Positions 58,801-64,000 of a DNA stretch of 64,000 nt are shown here, one piece after another. The notes below the pieces were generated by a model. The model worked only from the letters and a program-made list of their open reading frames with translations. It ran no database searches and had not been told where the DNA came from. The position numbers and the translations under genes are program-made. The number at the start of each line of letters is the position of its first letter. Position 1 is the first letter of the stretch. Origin of the DNA: Zygnema circumcarinatum SAG 698-1b (lineage: Eukaryota; Plantae; Zygnematophyceae). The DNA is taken from contig CM074804.1 in NCBI GenBank assembly GCA_037447605.1, forward strand, positions 3,945,909-4,009,908, in the 5' to 3' direction.

Positions 58801-61800
58801 CGTAAGTCCTAAACTTTGCCAAACATGAAACTGGACAACTCCTCCCTCCCCCTTCCGTGAATTCCAGGTCTCCCTTTTGGACGGAGCCAACCAGCAGCCT
58901 CACTACAGTTTGCGAACTCTCTCACGAGCTTTGGAATACGTCCGAGCTGCTCTGCCGGTCTATGGCTTGCAGCGGGCCCTCTATGACGCCTTCTCCATGT
59001 GCTTTCTCACTCTTCTGGAGGTCGGTGTGGACTCTCTAATCTCCTTCACTAACAACCCCCCCTTCCTCCCTCCCCCTGAAAAATCTCAATCCTGTTTCTA
59101 ATCTCACCATGGTTCAAGCTCGTGCACCACTTTCAGTCCATGTGCAAATACATAGATTCTTGCCAGTTCATATTGAAATTGCATTTCTAATCCCGAGGCA
59201 GGGGCGGATCGCTCGTGCAGCGTGGGAGTGCCCCAGTGATGGAGCAGCTCATTTCAAAGCACTTTCTGAACCGAGCTCAGCCGACTGCAGCTGCCTTGAA
59301 ATCGCTTCTGCGTGTGCCTCCACAGCCTTCTCCCACACATGTTTTGTTCGAGCACTTCTGGGTGGAGGGAGGAGAGGATAAGGCAGGAGAAGAAACGGTA
59401 GAAGGGAGATATGTGCTCACTAACAGTGTGAGAGATCACCTGAAGAACTTAGCCCGGGCAGTGCTGGTTCGACGCTACCCAATCTTGCTGCAGGTGAGGC
59501 AGTCAGTTTGAGGTTCAGCTATTTGGGTTTTGTTAGGTTTCCCGTGAATTTCCCTTTTTTGGTTCACCTTATTAGTGAGATGCTGAGTGCAGGGACCCAC
59601 ATCCAGTGGGAAGACAAGCCTGGTGGAGTACTTAGCTGGAAAAACGGGCCATCGGTTTGTTCGCATCAGCAACCACGAGCACACAGACTTGCAGGTGCGG
59701 GTGCACAATTCTCTGGGTCAGTCTAAGGACAAACATCAGGAGAATAAGATTTAGCTCCGTTCTAGAGGGCTCATCATAAATTTCTCGAAAGGTTTCACAA
59801 ATTTCAGCATAAAATCATCTTGATGATGAACAGACAAAACGTTTGCTTGTTTAATGCCTGCAGGAATATATGGGAACCTATGTCACCTCTCCCTCTGGGA
59901 AACTCGTTTTCAAGGTAATGACCCCTCTGTATGTCCAAATTAGCCTTTTCTAAACCTTTTCTTTTCATCGTACATGTGTTCATTTTCCATATTAAAGGGT
60001 CGGCACTGTCTTTGGAGTTTCAGGAAGGTATTTTGGTAGAGGCTGTTCGAAAAGGCTACTGGATTGTCCTCGACGAACTGAATTTGGTAAGTTTTGCTCA
60101 TTTATCCTCTTTTCGCACTTTTGGTAGGTGCTCTCTGTGAAACTGGGGATTTTTTTATCCCCGGGGACAGAAGATGTCGATGAGAAATTGAAGAATAAAT
60201 CAGTTGGAAAGAGGAAAGAAAGGGAAAGCGACGGTGGAAAAGTGCTGGTTATGCGTAGTCAGTCATCGAGAGGTAGGAGCTCAACAATAGTGGGAGGCGC
60301 ACAGGCAGAGGAAGGCCGTACTGTTTTTTCTAAGAAGCAGAGTGATATGACAAATGCATACATCATGTGGACTGCTGCAGGCCCCATCAGATGTGCTGGA
60401 GGCTCTCAATCGGCTGCTAGACGACAACCGTGAGCTCTTTATTCCTGAGCTGCAGGTGGGCTGTCCTCGAGAAACGATGGATACATTTCTTTTTTGGCCA
60501 TGTTGGGTGGAGGATTTAGACCTGAAGCAGCAGCATCTGGTTGCCGAAGCAGGGTTCATTTTGGGGCTGTGGGTTGGCAGATCACTGTGAAGCCACATCC
60601 CCACTTCATGCTTTTCGCTACCCAGAATCCTCCGGGAACTTATGGCGGTCGCAAGGTATGCATGTATGCATGCATGCATGTTGAGCTTAGCAATCTGCTT
60701 AAATAATCACATGTCATTTGCCGGGGTTTTAAAATTCATATTCGTGGATGACATGATGCCGCTCTATCAAAGCCTCTCCGTATGATTTTGATGATGACCT
60801 ATAGGTAAGTTAGCTCATGATTATGTGGAACGGGCATTAGGTCTTATCTCGAGCTTTTCGGAACCGCTTTATGGAGCTTCATGTCGATGATATTCCCGAA
60901 GCCGAGCTGCAGACGATTGTCGAACAGCGCTGCCTTATTCCTGCCAGGTGTGACAGAATGCAGCTTTTAAAAAAATGTGAATAGAATGACTACCTTTTTG
61001 AAAAAGTACGAAATTTGACGGGGACGGTTGCTCTCCAAGTGAAACTTTATCTCACTTTATTTGATAAGGGAGAGTGGGTCGCAGCTATGCTGCCAAGATG
61101 GTGGAAGTGATGAAGGAGCTGCACCGACGGCGGCAGATCAGTGCTGTCTTTGCCGGAAAGCGTGGCTTCATCACTCCGCGAGATTTGTTTCGTTGGGCTG
61201 CCCGACATGCAACAGTAACCGCCGATTCTTTCGATTTTGCTTTGCAGACGTATTGCTGGCTAGTCGTTTGAAAGTGCAAAAAAATGTCTTCGCGCTTTTA
61301 TTTTGGCAATCGTTTTAACGGCAAAAAGTGAACCTGTGATTCGACGACAACAAGTTACTGAGATCAGTTTGGATGGGCTGCAGGGCTATGAAGAGCTGGC
61401 AAGGGATGGATACCTACTGTTAGGGGAGAGATTGCGAGACGAATCAGAGAAGGCAGTTGTGCAGAGTACTCTTGAGGAGAAGATGAGATCGAAGCTGAAC
61501 TTAAAGTCACTCTATGGAATGGAAGATGAAACTTTTGTTCGTCTACAAGCCACGTTACAGACAGCTGAGGCGGAAGCGCTATTTGGAAAGTAAGAAATCT
61601 GTGTTACTCCAGCAATTTCATGGTTCATTCGCTTTCCACTCTCTCCTCTCCGTGTTCATTTTCCCTTTCTACTCCAACCTCTCTCCACACTAGCCCCTTC
61701 AGAAAGGAGAAGGGTGCTTAGTATAGCGAATTGGAGCGTGGGGTATTCCGTATTCCTGCAGGATAGTGTGGACCAATAGCATGAGGCGTCTTTTCACTCT

Positions 61801-64000
61801 CGTCTACCGCTGCCTCCTTCACAACGAGCCGGCCCTGCTTGTGGGAGAGACGGGAAGCGGCAAGACTACCGTATGCCAAATGGCTGCTCTGCTGCTGGGG
61901 CAGAAAATTCACATCCTCAACTGTCATCAGCACACGGAAACGTCCGACTTCATTGGGGTGAGAAATAGAGGATGCCAATGAGCGGCTTGAATGCAGCAAT
62001 GTTCTATGTCAGCATGCAGTTTTTCGCTGGACCGCAAAGTCTAAACTGTATGCTCGCCTTCTTCGTCTGTGCAGGGTTTCCGCCCTGTGAGAGACAGAGA
62101 ACGGATTTTGGCGCGCTATGCAGCTTTGCTGCATGAAGTGACGTCGTCTGACCTGTTCGCAGACATCTCTTTGCCGGAGGTCAGTGCCGATTCCCCTTCT
62201 TTCTCCCTCTCCCTCCCCCTCTCTTTCTCTCACTCTCTCTTCCCCCTCTCTCTCTCTATCCCTCCTTCCCCTTCATTGATCGTCTTTGTGATGATTTTTT
62301 AAGATTTCATCATCTGCAGATTTTGTGCAGTCCTGTTAAGTTATTCTCCTTTGAGTCTGTGTAGATGAGCAGCGACATCAAGGAGGCCCCAACGACACTT
62401 GCAGCTCTCCAAAGAGCTGTTTCGGAGCTCCATTCCCGGCAAAGCATTGGCCTTTCAGCCCCTCCTTCCACGGAACGAAGTGCCAAAGCGAAGGTTGAAG
62501 TAATGCAGGCGAGCGCGGCCCTCCTCGCATTGGAGGCGGCGGCGGCGGAGATGCAAGCCGCCTTCGGAGAATGGCAGGCCCTTTTTCAGTGGGTGGATGG
62601 ACCTCTCATTGCAGCCATGAAGAATGGGGACTTGCTCGTAATCGACGAGATTTCTCTTGCCGAAGACGCAGTGTTGGAGAGGTTGAATTCGGTCCTAGAG
62701 CCAAAACGACAACTGGTAACTTCTACAAAGCCATTTTGGCAGATTTCAAGCAACATTGAAAAGGCGAGCACTGTGCAGTTGGCCTCATAGGACCATCTGA
62801 CAGATGGTTCTGCTTGCAGGTGCTTGCGGAGAAGGGAGATGCCTCTTCTGATCAACTCACAGCTCACTCGAAGTTCCGAATCTTGGCAACTATGAATCCT
62901 GGGGGAGATTTTGGGAAAAAGGAGCTTTCTCCTGCGTTAAAGAATCGTTTTACGGAAATTTGGGTTCCTTCAATCACTGATATAGGTGATCTTCGAGCAA
63001 TTGTGGAGGATAGGTGAGCTTCATGTTCTACAATACTGAATAGACTCTGCCTTGCCTGAGCTTGTGAGCCCAATAGAGTATTTTTTTCAATTTTTTTTGA
63101 ACTTCAGGTCATCAAGAGGAGGCAAATCAAGATTTTTTTGTCAGAAAAGTCCGCGTTTATGTAGTTTTTGGATGCTTGCACGGCTGCAGGTTCAAGACGA
63201 TAGAAACGACAAAATTAGCAGAGCCGCTTTTGGATTTTTGGCAGGTGAGAGCTTTGTGTCGACGCATGTTCGTTCTACAATTGGTTTCGGTTATTGCGTT
63301 GATCGACACTTAAGGCTGACGTTGAAATGTTCACATACAGGAGTTTGCCATCCTGCCTGCATCTCTGCTTCCTAGGAATCCCTCATCATCTCCCCTGCTT
63401 TGACTCCTCTTCTCGGTTGCGCTCTCCTTCAGCCGCCCTTGCTCTCCCCATTCTCTCTCTCTCCCTGCGTCCTTCTGCCTCTCTGCTTCTCTCACACATA
63501 CAGAAGCAAAAAATTGGCTGCCATATAGCAATTCAGCTGCTCAGTGTTTCCAGATGCACGCAGAAGGTGCTTATCAGTAGGGGAGTATTGCTTTTCTTGC
63601 AGTGGTTCAAGTTATCCGGTAATGTTGGAAAGGTGTTGTCGATTCGAGATATCCTCGCGTGGGTCTCATACATAAACTCAGCGGCAGAGAAGATCGGTTC
63701 TTATGTGGCATATGTTCATGGTGCCTTCGTTGTGCTGCTCGATGGAATCGGCCTCGGTAACCAACCACTTGAACTTTATCACTCTTTTCTGACATCGTTC
63801 TCACTTTTCTTTACACTTGTAGGAAACTGCTACTGCTGGTGATTGTTGAACTGAACTTCATAAGCAGAACTGTACCAAAATGCATGCATTGGGGTCGTTG
63901 ATGCCATGTCAATTACATTATTTATGTGCTTCTTTACTTACTGTGATGGTTTAAACTGTTGAGAAGTAGTTCTTGTGGTCTTTTTCCGGATTTGTTGTCG
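49863..64000 (+). CDS. MDN1: Midasin/Rea1 AAA+ ATPase, 5' part (start codon in or before the gap; truncated by the window)
   Basis: N-terminal DGFQWRDAFLEL.. and LFDPFYTL..HERTAVALS. Four successive Walker A motifs: GPPGAGKS (~54235), GETGTGKT (~56635), GPTSSGKT (~59595), GETGSGKT (~61845). Walker B motifs WVVFEDID, WLLLDEVN, WIVLDELN, LLVIDEIS. Also LATMNPGGDFGKKELSPALKNRFTEIW. Many GT-AG introns. Confidence 0.96.

Overview
Gene-dense, intron-rich eukaryotic nuclear DNA with plant-type proteins, most consistent with a streptophyte alga or early-diverging plant (species not determinable from sequence). Manually spliced genes: orphan coiled-coil ORF (-), At5g23160-like membrane protein (+), TFIIIA (+), SLC37/G3Pp-type sugar-phosphate transporter (+), YpgQ-like HD phosphohydrolase (+), serine palmitoyltransferase LCB2 (-), CYCJ18-like cyclin (+), THO1/HPR1 (-), condensin II CAP-G2 (+), plastid isopropylmalate isomerase small subunit (-), and the 5' part of midasin MDN1 (+, runs off the window). 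Most supplied ORFs are low-complexity artefacts. Best hunt result: a structured, stop-containing candidate cassette exon in TFIIIA intron 1, at the position where land plants carry the 5S rRNA-mimic (P5SM) poison exon. Also seen: a TRIM mini-LTR element, recurrent GTAC-rich palindromic promoter islands, a 2.2 kb pure (CT)n intron, and candidate GC-AG introns. All family assignments come from remembered motifs; no database search was run.
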